Origin: Octopus sinensis
Lineage: Eukaryota
Direction: 5' to 3'
DNA length: 64,000 bases
NCBI RefSeq assembly: GCF_006345805.1
Contig: NC_043015.1
Coordinates: 13,082,001 to 13,146,000, forward strand
Part shown: positions 1-13,530 of the stretch, in pieces
Position numbering within the stretch: position 1 is the stretch's first letter
Layout: the number at the start of each line of letters is the position of its first letter
Translations under genes and position numbers: made by a program
The notes under the pieces: generated by a model
What the model saw: the letters and a program-made list of their open reading frames with translations, nothing else
The model's database searches: none
Told to the model about the DNA's origin: nothing

Positions 1-245
1 GTGTGTGTGTGTACCTTTGTCTTGACATCAATTGATTGTTGCAGACAAACATCACTGTCATACAAACAATGGTGTTTGTTTTTAGTCTTCTATGAAAAAC
101 ATATCTGGCCAAGGGGAAATATTAACTTACCTGAAACCAGATGAAGCTTGGTGACAGGAAGAGCATCTAGCCATAGAAAATCTGCCTCAACAAAATTCTG
201 ATTGACACAAGCAAGATTCAAAAGTTGATGTTAAATGTTGATGAT
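1..245 (+). mobile_element. 3' half of a tRNA-SINE with RTE-type tail (cut by window edge)
   Basis: ggtgacaggaagagcatctagccatagaaaatctgcctcaac...gatgttaaatgttgatgatg; same tail recurs at about 10440-10545, 26570-26690 (minus) and 52043-52142. Confidence 0.7.
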
Positions 246-455
246 GTTACAGAACTATGATATGTTAGATATGAGCATTAAAACCTTCAATTAAATAGTG
301 TTCTAAATTATACCAGCCAAAAGATGCTCATACTTCAAAATGTTATGTAATATGAAAAACCCAAAATCAATTGTCCTGGAAATTCAAACTTCTCAAATTA
401 CATTGTATTTCCTCTTTGGAAATTCAAAGATTACCAGATTAAAATAGCAAATATA

Positions 456-1647
456 AATTTATGTTGTATAGTATTTGATATACCTGTATTTGTCAATGTT
501 GCTCACAGAGATATTTTTCAGAGCTCATTTTTGTTTAGTAAAATTCTTCATAACTTTTAGTCCAGTATTCTGTTGATCTTATGAATCTACTACTTTCAAT
601 GATATAGTTTATGGCTAAGTCAAAGGAGGAAGAACAGCAATATCAACCTAAGAATGCTCTCCATGATTAGTGCAAAGGAGAAAAGGGAAGAAAACAACTT
701 AGCAATAGGAAGTAGTACATCAAAATATCAAGTTTCATGACTAGAGACTTGGGCCAAATACAATAGAGTGGGCTCTGCTAAAGGCTATCAATAATCAAGG
801 GGCAGCATTAAACTAGGTAATGTATAAGTTCACCACATTGATTTAAAATTTTGACAGAAGGCCAGCAATTTCTTCCCTGAAATTGCTGCCAGCTCACTGC
901 CTTACCTTGATACATCAATTCAGTTTGGCTCACAGATTTTTTAATTATTTTTTTTTAAATAACAGTTTGAAACTTTGTATACTGGTGTAATTTTTCACAC
1001 TGAATACGGCTTACTTTCAACATTTTTGACAAAATTTCGTATTTTAGAAGTTATCTCATATTAAAGTTGTTGTATTTGGGTAATTTTAACCAATCAATGA
1101 CGTGTATTCAGCTGAAGAAATCTACTGCTGTTTGTGATAGTAAACGAAGTGCAACAACCTCCAGGTCATCTCTACTAAATGTCAACGCTCTGAGGTTGAC
1201 TTTGCCTTTCATCCTATTGGGGTCAATGAAATAAGTATCAGTTGAGCACAAGGCCAGCAATTTCTTCCCTAAAATTTGCTGGCCTTGTGTCAAAATTTGA
1301 AATCAATATTAACGTATCAATGTGGTGAATTTACCCACTATCTGGTTTAACACTGCCCCTTGGTCATTTATAGCCTTTAGCAGAGTCACTACTTCCTATT
1401 GCTAGGTTGTCTTCTGCCATTTTCCCCTTGCACTAATCATGGAGAGCCTTCTTAGGTTGCGAATGCTGTTCTTCCTCCTTTGACTTAGTCATAAACTATA
1501 TCATTGAAAGTAGTGGATTCATAAGATCAATAAAATTCTGGACTAAAAGTTAGGAAGAATTTTGCTCAACAAAAATGAGCTCCGAAAAATAGCTCTGTGA
1601 GCAACATAGACAATTACAGGTATATCAAATACTATACAACATAAATT
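456..1647. repeat. Long inverted repeat (arms about 456-870 and 1272-1647)
   Basis: aatttatgttgtatagtatttgata...caccacattgat is the reverse complement of atcaatgtggtg...tatcaaatactatacaacataaatt; the left arm has an extra ~50 bp at about 716-768. Confidence 0.9.
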
Positions 1648-4600
1648 CTTGATTTATGAAATTGTCTCTGCCTTTAGAGGATGTGCCATAATTACCAAAT
1701 GGCAATTAAAAGCAGTGCCATATGAAAAGGGAAGATAATCTCAAGACTCAAAAATTCTCCAATGTAGATATACCAAAGAAAGGGACAGGCTTATTGTCTA
1801 GAGATAAAAGAAAAGTTGTGGACACATGCTTCTTCTTCAATAGTTATCATCTACACAACTATTGTCCAACCTTATTTCCACTAGCCAAGACACTTAGATA
1901 TGCACTAAAAGAGTAGAACATGTTTAAGAAGGTAATTTGTATAATTTAAAAATGTGCCAAGAGAAATAACTCGGAGTGGCCAGTGGCATGTATTTGAACA
2001 ACATAGACAAATAACGGTATCCTTTCCCTTTTTTTTATGTCCAAATTGTGTTTTCAATAAAATGAGTGTCAGTAATGTACTGTCCTGATTTCAGTTGCTT
2101 ACTTGCAAATATTTTAGTTTTTATATAATTGATTATTTTTCAAATAACATTTTAAAAAACTACTTCTTAAACCATTTTAATTTGATTGTGCCTTATTGTC
2201 ACATGAAATAAATGTTTCTACACTTAAAGAAACATGTAAATGGGAAAAAAATGATAATCTGGATTTAAGGAATGACAATGAAGTACTTACATTGAAGTTT
2301 ATGACATATGATAAATTGATTTATTAAGAAAAGCTAAATAACATCTTACTGCTTCTGTTTCTGTGAACAGATTGTCTTATTTTGTATTCTCTGTTTCAGA
2401 ACAAAATTATTATTTATTGTTTTAGATTGTTGTGGATTTTGTGCACTAACTACAACATAATCTGAATAGAGTGTGACAAAAAGGAACTCATGCATAGTCA
2501 TGTGGTTAATAATTTTATAGCCAAGTGGTTCTGGATTCAATCCCACTGCACATCACACTGGGAAAATTCTTTCTAATGTAGTCTTGAACTGATCAGTACT
2601 TTTATTTAAATCTGGTGAACTGAAACTGTGTAGAAGCCGTGTGTGTGTGTCTGTGTGTATGCTCACGTGCATCTGTGTGTGAGCGTACCTCATCATTTTT
2701 ATGTCCGTTGTCCCATAGCATACGATGCACCTGTCAGTCATGTGACAAGTCAGTTCTTTTGTTCTTTCTATAAGTAACTACTCTAATATATGAGTAAGCA
2801 CGATATACATAAGTAGAAGTCTAGCTGTGAATGTGTTTCATGAGTGCATAGTTTAATATACAATATGTGCATGTGTGTATGTATAATATTATTTTGTCTT
2901 TGAGTATATCCATGTTTCATGAGTGCATAGCTAGCTCTCAGAATGCATGTGTACAGGGTTATGCATATGTGTGGGCATTAATATTTGGGTCTTTGTGTCC
3001 ACCCCTTCCATATTGTGTGCTTTGGATGGGTCTTCCCCAGTATTGTATCTGGTTACTAACACTGTCTTTTGTTATTTCCTTCATTTCTACTCAATCTATC
3101 TCTTCCATAATTCCTTCCACCTGGTTTACCTATATGTAATTTATTCTTTAAAGCCTTTTTAATGCTTCATGTTAGAAATATATTTGGGAAATAACCTGGA
3201 TGAAAATCAGTTTTGACATAATGTTAGTTTAAAAATTTGGATGATGAAAGCTAATGCTAAGAACAATATAGTCTAGTTTCATTGTCACATTCACTTTTCA
3301 AATGAACAGCTATTCAAGGTGATCTGCTGTTGTTCAGCTTAAATGCACACCTTCTGTTACATCTTGGCAAATTCCCATATATTTCATACAGCTTGTTAAT
3401 TGTTATTTTAAATTAATATATTCTATGCAAAATGAACTGGAAGAATAGTGGAATGTGGTCTAAGATAAGCATTAATAAGAGGTTTATTTGCCCCAGTTTT
3501 AATACTGACATGAGTGTCTTTGTAAGTGGTGATGGTGGGAAAGCAAATCAATGTTTGTTTACTAAACAGTATTGCCTTACAATTTGATCTTTATTTATCT
3601 GAAACTTATTCTGAGATTATTATCTTTTAATATAAAGATGCAATCATGTTCTATTTTTAGTTTGAGATGTCTTTCAATCAATTTTTACACTTCAGAAGTA
3701 TTTCACATTTGCAACATTTAACCTTTTATTCAAATATAGATTACAATATCCATTTCATAATTATGTACTTTATATTCTGCTGAATTAGTATGATAGTGCC
3801 AAGCAACATTTAGAATAGCTCTTTTAGATATCTTCTCAGTAAGCTAAGTCATTCAGTATTATAAGTAAAATTTTGGCAGTGAAATGGAATAAATGCTAAA
3901 ACACCAAGCCAATTCTTTCTTTTGAGTTCAAATCCCACTGTGGTTAAACTTCATTTTTCTTCCTTATATGCTTAATAAAATAAGTACCTGTAAATATATT
4001 GAACTGACTTAAGTTCTACCCTAAAAATGTAAGAGATTTAAAAATTTTATATATATAATGAAGTTTCCGTAATACAAAATGCAAATTAAACACTTTCACA
4101 ACCCTCCTCTTGAATGTCATTTCCCTGGAACTTCTATTTAATTATCAGTTATCAACCACCCAAGCTGACTGAAGCTAGTCTTGTCCAGTTATTCTTACGG
4201 TTACTCTACAACACTAGAGATTGTGTGAACTGTCTCTTCCCAACAAACTAAAAGCATTAAAAAAAAATGAAAAATTTTGAGACTTTGCAAAAGATTTGAG
4301 AAATAGAGTTCAGTTACTCTTGCAATCATTTATGTGTAAAAATAATAAAGTTAAATTATTGGTAACTGAAGTAGAATGAAATGATTTTTATCCAGTTAGC
4401 AGCTGTTTAAATAATTTGAAAGGAAGTCTTGCAGTTTTGAGAGCATTTTATAAGATTAAATTTAGATATTGTATTTAACTTGAATTCATAACTCCCTCAG
4501 TTTTTTCATACTAGATTTTTCTCTCTTTTTTTAATTCCAATTTCACAGGTAAAAATATTTTATAGGTAATGCTTGCATTCAAATTTTGTCTACAGCAAAA

Positions 4601-5809
4601 TCACTTTTATAATGTTTTGCTCATTTACTGATGGACAGCTAGAAAAATTACATTATGAATTAGACTAAAATAAAATAAACAGGAAATATCTTAGCAATGT
4701 TTAAACAGGAAAAAATGTTTTCATATCAAATTTGTATTGAAAGAATTGAATATTTCAAGACTTTGATAATAGAAAGTCTTTTAGTGATGTTGTTACAATT
4801 TTATTGAATTTTACCTTAATAAAATTAGTTTTTCTCTAGGAGAGTACTTCACATCAAGTAAAAAAATCAATTACTTTGAATCATATTTCATACTTTCTTT
4901 TTCATTATCTTAATTTGTATATTTTTCTTTTTCATAATATTTCAAATTTTAGAAAATTTAATCAAGATATTAATTCTGGTAATATTATACATGCACTGCC
5001 TGATTGTATCACTCATATTACTGTGTTATGTCATTATAATTGCTTGTCAGTTTGAAGATTGCTTTCTAAATTATTCTACCTTTGCAAAAAATACACAGCA
5101 AAAATATAAAATATGAAATTAAGTGAAATTAATACTTAATTATTTTAAAGAATATTTTTGTTGAAGTAATAAATAAGTTTGTCAGATCACTTCATATATT
5201 TGATCCATAGTCTCAGTTACATCTACCTTACTTTAGAATTATCTCATTCTTGTTATAACTGTTGGCACAAAAGCATCAGCCACATGCAAACTAAATATAT
5301 TAGCCTAAGATATGAAGTGCATTTATGAAGAGAGTCCTTGAAATTATCATTCTGAGGGTTGACATCATAAGCTAGTCTTTTTTTTTTTCTGCAAAGTGTG
5401 CAGAAGCAGTCTTGAAGTATAAACTTACTTATCAACAACATATCTCTAAAGTTCCCAACTTTCCTTTAAACATTTGGCCTCAGATGTTCTATGCTTCTCT
5501 GTTGCCCTCACATATATGATGTAGCCAAAGCATTACTAGGCTTCCTCCTCAAAACTATAGTAGGAAAATCTGTGGTATGCATTTATAGCAAGGTAGTCAG
5601 GGACACTGAATAAGAGACATGTTACTGTAACAATCCTAATATGGACCAATGATTTCTTGTTTAGTTACTATGTATAGTTGATTTTATTATACTTAAAAAA
5701 AATAACCAACATTTTCTTCATAAAGTAAATTTATTGTATTGTGCCTCAAACTGTTAGTGATGTATCTATAAAGGTCAAATAGATAAATAAATATATGATT
5801 TAATATATA

Positions 5810-8060
5810 TTTTTTTGCAAGATTCTTGATGTGAATTCGTGTGTTTTAACAGATATTATTGTATTTGGGGATGGTCATGTTGCCAGTTTAGCCGGTGAAA
5901 ACACATGCACTATATATCTGGTGTTCCCTTGCTTCAGCTTTATTTTATATTAATTGTATTTTGGCCAGAGTTCTTTTGTCACACTTCTGCGACCTCATCA
6001 GTGGTCCTTTGCTTTCTTCTTCCTTTTTTGTGTGTCTCTCCTTACTAACAATCTGCCATTTTGTATTCCCATTGTATGTGTCTTTATTTGCACATGCGTA
6101 TATCCTTGTGTATGTCTATGTTTAGTAAGTGTGTGTGTGTGTGAGTGAGTGTGCCTGCATTATCAGTATCTCCAGTTTATACGTGTTTGTTTAATTTACT
6201 TTTATTTTATTCATTTGTTTATATCTACTTACTTTTTCTTTTCTTTCTTTTTTTGCATTAATTTATTTTGTTTATGTATATAGTAATTCAATTCCATTTA
6301 TTTATTTCATATTACTATCAGTTTATGGGTATTTTATTCTGTCATAGGTTGTGGTGTGTGGTGAGTGTGTGCTAGTGTTATCTTCTATTATGTGTGTAGA
6401 TTCCGTAATTTGTGTAAGCGTTGCGTCTGTTCTATGTGTGGACAAGATTTTAACTTCTATGTTATTGAGTGAGCTCCTGTGTTCCTGCTCGGCATGCTGG
6501 TATAGAACCGATGAGCTCGTCTCTTCCTTAAGTTCCCTCCAATGTTCATTTACTTGCTCTCCTATGCTCTGTGCTATCTCCCTTACATATGTTGTCTTGT
6601 TACTGCACCATCCCTCTGTACATCTTATACTATAGACTACATTCCTAGCTTTACAGTTTGTCTGTGGGCTAAATCCACATACAATACAATTCAGGGAGTT
6701 CTACTAAAAGGTTCTACCGATTAGGGATTTGATAGGGTTACCTGGTCTTTCTACAACATTAATTCTTAGCTTAAGTTTGTCTAGGGTCTTTCTAAAGCAG
6801 TATGCCAGTTTACTTCTAGGGGTGGTGTTGATAAACAAGACACTTTGGTATTTGTGGCTATCGTACCATGATTTGACCTTCCCTATTTTCTTAATCCTTT
6901 CAATGGTGTTCCATGACTTGCTCCTATAGAGTGGGAAAATCCCATTCCTGTTGTTACGTATGATAGTTTCAAATTTCCTCATGGCTCCTTTGTATACTCT
7001 GATCCTTTCTCTATGACTGTATCCTGAGAACTGTAGGGTCGCACATGCAGGACACATTTCTCATTACTCTGATGAGGTCTGCCATCAATATATTGAATTT
7101 GGCATTGTCCACGATAGCTGAGTTCCAGTGGATCAGGTATTTGGAGGCTATAGGTTTGGCATAGTGTGAATGAAGGATTTGGGTTTTATTATTCCCACTT
7201 TCCAGCCAGAGTTTCGTATCTAGTACTGGTAGCCATGGTTAGGGTGTTTTATAGTGTAGTCTATCATAACCTTAATAATCTGGTGGATGGAGTTCGCTAT
7301 TTGCTGGATGCTCTCCATAGTATTAGTTTCTATTTCTATTTCAAGAGTACTCTCTTGTGGGGATGCCTTTATCACTATGTTGATATCATCGACATAGCGA
7401 GAGTACATGTTCATGAGTATGGAGTTGTGTGTCAGGCGTTCTTTAAGCCTTCTGTCCCACCATACCATGAAAAGGTTGGCCACATCACTGGCGATACTAA
7501 CGCCGATGGCTGCTCCCTCATTCTGGGCATATATTTTGTTGTTAAACTTAAACATGTGGCCTTTTAGAGTAATTTTTATACTAGCTCCTAGTGCATGTGC
7601 AATCATTTTCTTTACTTGATATTCATTTTCAGGGATCCGTATGGCTCTGGTCCATCCTCACCATCTCTCTATAAGGGTCTTCCTAGCCATAGATGTAATT
7701 GGGGGTGGGGGTCTACCTCTTAAACGTCTACTGGGGCAGAAACTTCTAAAGTTATGTTTGTCTAGATATTCATTGTCATATGTCAGTCTAAGTAGGAGGC
7801 CCAGTTCCTCTGTGTTGACATTGTGGAACTCCACTTTGCTCTCGCTGATCATCTCCACTCACTTCTGTACCACAAAATACATGTTGATAGATGGGTATAG
7901 TGATACCACGTCCATGCTACGCACTATATATCTTGTCAGGTTGCATGTGTTGTTATAGTCATTGATCCTACCGAGGAGATCTTCCATGCTGTCACAAACA
8001 TCTGGTAACATCTGAATTATGGAGTGTATGATCATTGAGAGGAAGTAGGAGATCCTGTAT
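5810..8060 (-). mobile_element. Degenerate 5'-truncated Penelope-like retroelement, Naiad-like (RT + Cys knuckle + GIY-YIG)
   Basis: Broken ORFs give DSMEDLL, SMDVVSLYPSI, YAQNEGAAIG...ANLFMVWWD, YSRYVDDI, LQFSGY, SVLFINTTP. My translation of 6370-6690 gives CIVC...NCKARNVVYSIRC...TYVREIAQSIGEQVNEH...SVLYQH...QITESTHI (GIY-YIG). Frameshifts and stops present. Confidence 0.88.
5963..6007 (-). ncRNA. Minimal type I hammerhead ribozyme motif (core mutated), probably in the Penelope pseudo-LTR
   Basis: Minus strand GGACCA-CTGATGA-G-GTCGCA-gaag-TGTGAC-AAAA-GAAC-TC-TGGCC; GAAA has become AAAA, consistent with CpG decay. Confidence 0.75.
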
Positions 8061-8159
8061 TTGCTATTGATATTCATTTCAAACTCAATGTAATTTGCTA
8101 CATATCAATAGGTTTATAATTTTAAAGCTCTAGTTTATTTGAAAAGTCATAGGAATATT

Positions 8160-8470
8160 TACATCAACATTTAACATCAGTTTTCCGTGCTGGCATGGTT
8201 GAATGGTTTGACAGGAACTGGCAAGGCCAGGAGCTGCACCAGGTTCCATTGTTTGTTTGGTTTGGTTTCTACTACTGGATGTCCTTCCTAATGCCAACTA
8301 CTTAACAGAGTGTACTGGGTGCTTGTTTATGTGGAACTGTCACCAGTGCTTTTTACATGGCACCAGCACCCACAACAATGCTTTTTATGTGGCACCTTGG
8401 TTTTAGAATCTCAGTTCTGTTGTGATGGGTGGGTCTTTTTGAGTACAGCAATGCACTACATATCTTGATC
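8160..8470 (-). mobile_element. RTE-tail repeat, same family as 51567-52042 and 53466-53930
   Basis: catcaacatttaacatc...ctggatgtccttcctaatgccaac...ttttacatggcaccagcac is the reverse complement of the family tail. Confidence 0.7.
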
Positions 8471-9229
8471 CATATTAATTAATATTGTTCTGTTTATTTA
8501 GCATTATAACCAAACTTTGCTTGAAAGAAAAATACTCACTAAAAACTCATGATTCAGTCCATAATAACTGAGAAGATTTCTGGATTTATTTTATTTCACT
8601 GTTTTTTAGCAATAGGAGCCATTGTTACATCAGTAATTTATTTCTTCATATCATGGCAGTTATTGTTGCAGAACATGTGTGGAAACTACAATTACTCATG
8701 AAAGATGAGAAAATTAATTTGCTATAATCATTAGCACAACCCATTCTTTCTCAAGAAATGTGAGACTTCTTTGCCAGAAGAGATTATAGGTTTTCTAATT
8801 TCAGTTATTTTTAAAAATGATTAAGTTGAATGAATTGGTATATAACAATTAAAGAAAATGAGTGAGCTTGTCTATATTTACCACATTACCAAATGCAATA
8901 TGCAGTTCTTAATATTGGTTGGTGTTATGTTGGGATAAACTGATTATAGATAAATTTGATTTAAAGCAATATTAGTTTTTATTTGACTAAAAGAAGGAAA
9001 TTACGAATACCAAACTATTAGTATTGTTAAGAGGAAAGCAGCTTGCTGGTTTTATTTTTCTAAGTAGTGAATTTTTATCATATGAATAAGCTTAATCTCA
9101 AATATAATTAGCTTGCACAGTTTTGGGATTTAACCTAAAGCTCTTGTGTGCTTGCTTTGGGGTGTTGGCTTGAGTGTTTGTTTGTTTGCATGTTTACTTG
9201 CATATGTGAGTGTGTGTTTAATCTTGTGT

Positions 9230-9740
9230 TCCAGATAAGATATTTCCAAATTGTAATTCAGTTCTATCTGGCTTCTGATTGACTGCATACATCAGCAGTT
9301 TGGGAAGACAGGATATGGTGACGGTGTAAATTGCATTTTTCAAACTGTAACATGTTTGTTGACAACAACTGTGATTTATATATTGGGAAGATCTGTTTTG
9401 ATGTTCATGAAAGAACATCACTAAAATCAGTCTCACTAGTTTACTAAGGCCTGTAATGGTCATGTATACAACCTTCTTCCTCACTAAACTATAGTTTGAA
9501 TTAGTTTGCTTCTTTTGTTCAAGATTAGAATAAGGTGGTGAGTTTCTCTGTAAGCAAGGAGTTATGGAATTTTGATCAATTTCTAAGTATTAGTACCTTA
9601 TCCAATATGGCTCATCTAATGCTGTTTATATCTCCTTTCTCTTAATTTCCAAATCTGCTTAAAAAAAACCTGGCAGGGTCAATGATTGCATGAGCTGTTG
9701 TTTTAATGCATCTGACATTGGAAGGCATACTCTGTAAGTC
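9230..9740 (+). pseudogene. Possible heavily decayed Penelope GIY-YIG remnant
   Basis: Fragmentary CIFQ...LYIGK...MKEH in different frames; no continuous ORF. Confidence 0.3.
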
Positions 9741-10127
9741 TTATATGTTTGATATATTGTGATACATTTGCTCTTTCAGGAGCAAAATTTTACATTTTAG
9801 CAAAGCAGCATCTATTAACTGCTATGGGATGTTATTGCCATTAGTAACACTATATTTACTGCTGTTAAAAGTAGAAGTTTACTGGTGATAAATAGCGAAT
9901 AATGTTGTAGCAAGCAGTTATTTCTCATTCTCCAATACGATCTCAGTGGTATATCATTAGACAAGTATTCTATATGTGAGTACTTTCAATAAATTCTGAG
10001 ATGTTAAATTCTAATAGCATCATATACATTAATGTTTCTCACATGCAACATATAATTTAAATACCACTTTCTTTACATATTTCATTTTCCATGCTCATGT
10101 GGGTGGGATGTGGGGATTTTCATTTAC

Positions 10128-10545
10128 AGGCCTGGCTGTAAGAATTTTGCTTCTCAACCTCATGGTCCCAGGTTCAGTCCTCCTATGTGGTGCCTTGGGC
10201 AAGGGTTTTCTAGTGTAACCCAAGGCCAACTAAAGCCTTATGAGTGGATTTGGTTGACAGAAACTGATAGAAGCCTGTATATATATATACATAGATGTAT
10301 ATATATATACATTTGTGTTTTTGAATGTGCATGTTTGTGCATCCTTATCTCGATATTGTTGACAGTTGTAAATGAGTGTCACTGTCATACAAGCAGCGTT
10401 AGTCATTTCCAATATACTGCAAGGACATGAGAAGTATTAGCTTGTTTGAGGGTTAGCATCAAGAAGGGCACCTGGCCATAGAAAATCCTCCTCAGTAAAC
10501 ACTCTCTGGTTCATGCAACCTTGGAAAAGTGGATGATAAAATGGA
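10128..10545 (+). mobile_element. tRNA-headed SINE with CORE-like ccttgggcaag segment, internal (TA)n and RTE-type tail
   Basis: ggctgtaagaattttgcttctcaacc...ggttcagtcc (B box)...ccttgggcaag...gagtggatttggttgacagaaactga...ggaaaagtggatgataaaatg. Confidence 0.75.
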
Positions 10546-11319
10546 AATTTTAGTAGAATTAAAAAAATGTTTTTCTTGTCAGGAAAAAACGTAGAGGAAG
10601 TGTGTGGTAGTTTAAATATATGTATTTGCTGTGAGGAAAGTGTGCAGTTCATGCAATGAGATCCAAATGATACATTTTAACCATATTATTAGCCCTCTTC
10701 TTCACTTCCTTGTTAAGTACCTGTAGCATGAAACAGAATCTCTCTTTCTTTATTTAAAACTACAGCATATAAAAAAAAATTATTCAAATTACGCTTCTTC
10801 GATTATTTGTTGCTGATGTACATCCTCCCCTGTGTTCTTTGATTCTGTATTTTACTTGAAGCAAGAATATTTATCTTCTTTACAACAATAGACACATTCG
10901 AACTTATGATCATGTGGCCAGTGCCTAACTTAACACCATTAATTAGATGTTCATTATGACTGGCAATAATTGTCATCTGAAACATGCTATTAAGGTGTAT
11001 TTCTTTCACCTTGATTACAGAATCAGTAAATGACATGTAGAATAATTGGTAAATGCCATGTAGAATCTGGTTAAATTAGCTTGCTAGATGTAGGCATGTA
11101 CATAGAAAATGTTTCTGTTAACCAGACATAAAAACATTAATGTATACATTTAATATCGAAAAATGACTGAAGGAGGATTTTGTCTGCTTTTCAGAAAATA
11201 TTTTGTCACTTGTGTACAGTCAGAAAAAAAAATGCTCTCTTCAGTATTTCATAAGATTAAATCTATAAATGAAATCATATAAGTTATTCACACTTATGTG
11301 AGAATATTTTACTACTGAA

Positions 11320-11535
11320 GGTAGTAAGCTGGCAAAAATGTTAGCACACAGGGTGAAATACTTAGTGGTATTTCGTCTGTCTTTATGTTTTGAGTTCAAA
11401 TTCTGCTGTGGTTGACTTTGCCTTTCATCCTTTTGGGATCAATAAATTAAGTACCAGTTGCAAACTGAGTTTGATCTAATTGACTGGCACCCTCCCCAAA
11501 ATGTTGGGCCTTGTGCCTAAAGTAGAAAAGAATAT
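11320..11535 (+). mobile_element. About 215-bp tRNA-SINE with gactttgcctttcatcc central domain
   Basis: agctggcaaaaatgttagc...gagttcaaattctgc...gactttgcctttcatcc...taagtaccagttg...ggccttgtgcc; many other copies in the window. Confidence 0.8.
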
Positions 11536-13530
11536 TTTACTGAACTCTTTTAGTTTTTTTTCCAGTTAGGTTAGCTCTTTAGTATTGTCATTTGTAGGAA
11601 AGTAAAACAAGTAATTCTTTGACTCTTAGACTAGAACAAAACCAAATGTACTCTTCAGCCCAGTAACCTAAATCTTGTCTTCTCAGATGTTTGTGTTATT
11701 TTCATTTATTCCTTTCTCCTTTCCTTGGCACTGACTATAAGATTATGGAGGTATGGGAAGTAATGTTATTACAAGCTATATCTTATCTGGTTTAGTATAA
11801 CACTGAACTAGTAAATATATAGTGAAATAATATATAATTTGATATTTTAGTAGCCCTAAGTTGTTGGGCAAATCGTATTTTGTTGTTGTTGTTATTCTAG
11901 ATTACTAATATGCTGTTTAATGTTAAAAGGATACATGATAACATTTGTTTTCAAAATAAAATTATTTTTCTTAATTGGGCAACTATATAAGCAATAAAGT
12001 TCTGTCTCTCCTGCTTGATTTCAAATGATGTTGGAATTCACTTCGCCCTTTTTTTCTATAGGTCTGTTAAAAATAAAATATTTGTAAAGTGCATGTTCAT
12101 CATCTATATCTCAAAAAATTGGTCTTGTTACTTGAAAAAGTGCTGGTGTATTCATTTTTGTAACAATCATTTTTGTTACATTCTGTTCTACTATATTATT
12201 GACATTGGAATTTTATTTTATCTAAATCACATAAACTGAATGTAATAGATCACCATGTAATATTTTGGTGCATACAACAAGCATTGAACATAATACCAGT
12301 TGAAGTATTTTTCTTTTTTAATCCTCCAATGTCTTCACTTACAATCAGGGCCTGTATTTTATGACTTTGAATATTTGAATTTTAAATCAATTTAAAGAAT
12401 ATATTGATAAGAAGCTTCTATTTAGCAATTTAAAAAACCGTGTCTTTTGTGTAGCCACAAAATTGGTATGAAGATTTTTCTTCAATCAATATATAGATTT
12501 GGATGTTTTTGTTTGGAACTGAGTGATATAAAGTGAATATTTGGAACAATTCTTGAAATACCTCCAGTGTTTAATGGATATGATAAAAGCAATAGTTTTC
12601 ATAGCTTTGTGTTGAGACTATTTTCTTATTGGAGGTATTTATATCTACAAATAAATAGTCTCTGTTATTTTATAATATAAGTACCCTCTATGTCATAACT
12701 AATATTTTTCTTTATATTTCAAGTTGTAAATATTAATCTAGCAGTTAGTCAAATATTAATAGGTTTTCCTCAATATTATTGCTAAATGGGTTGAAATAAT
12801 CAGTGTCTCCTATTTCTAAAGTAACTTAAAATAATTCACCCCATTTTCTAAACTTAGTTTTATTTTGTTCAAAGTATATTGTCAACATGATTTCTAATGT
12901 TGCTTCTCTATTCATATTGCTTCATAAGCCTTTATATAGATTACAGATTGTATGAAATGTTAGTCAGTTTGAAAATTTAATCCTCAAGTTGATTCCATTT
13001 GTCAGATACAAAGTCTTTTCTCATATGAGTGTCCAATCTGAAATCGCTTTCCATAAATATTCTTCTTTCATTGGGAATATATACTGTGGCTTTCTATATT
13101 TAATATCTTTTGCTCTAACATTTGTTCTAATCTATTTTGATTTATCTACAATATCCTTTGGAATTCTTACCAAGAAATTGTATTAGAATTCTCAGATTTC
13201 ATTTCATTTAATGCAAGTTTATAAATATATCTTTATTTTTTTCTCATGATGTTGTAAATCTTTAGAAATATTTTGGATTTCATTGAAAACATTACATAAT
13301 CATTACGTTTTACAAAGTTTATTGAGTCTATATTACCTAAAGAATGGTTATTCCAAAATATTTCATAGCGGGCAGATCCTTTCTTTTATTTCATAACTGT
13401 TTTATCGTAAATATTGTAATAAATAGTTATATTATAGATGAGGCTAAAACAACCTTCAATAATAACATTTTAAAAGGATTGATGTAACTCTTCACAAAGG
13501 TAAACAGATAAAACAAAGATTGTGATGTGA

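Noticed and set aside
4840-4860. Possible 18-nt microexon (ctctAG|gagagtacttcacatcaa|GTaaaa)
   Set aside because: Weak donor; such matches are expected by chance in AT-rich introns.
6310-6350. SECIS-like ATGA...TGA pairing on the minus strand after the Naiad ORF
   Set aside because: Only about 21 nt lie between the core halves, too short for helix II plus an apical loop.
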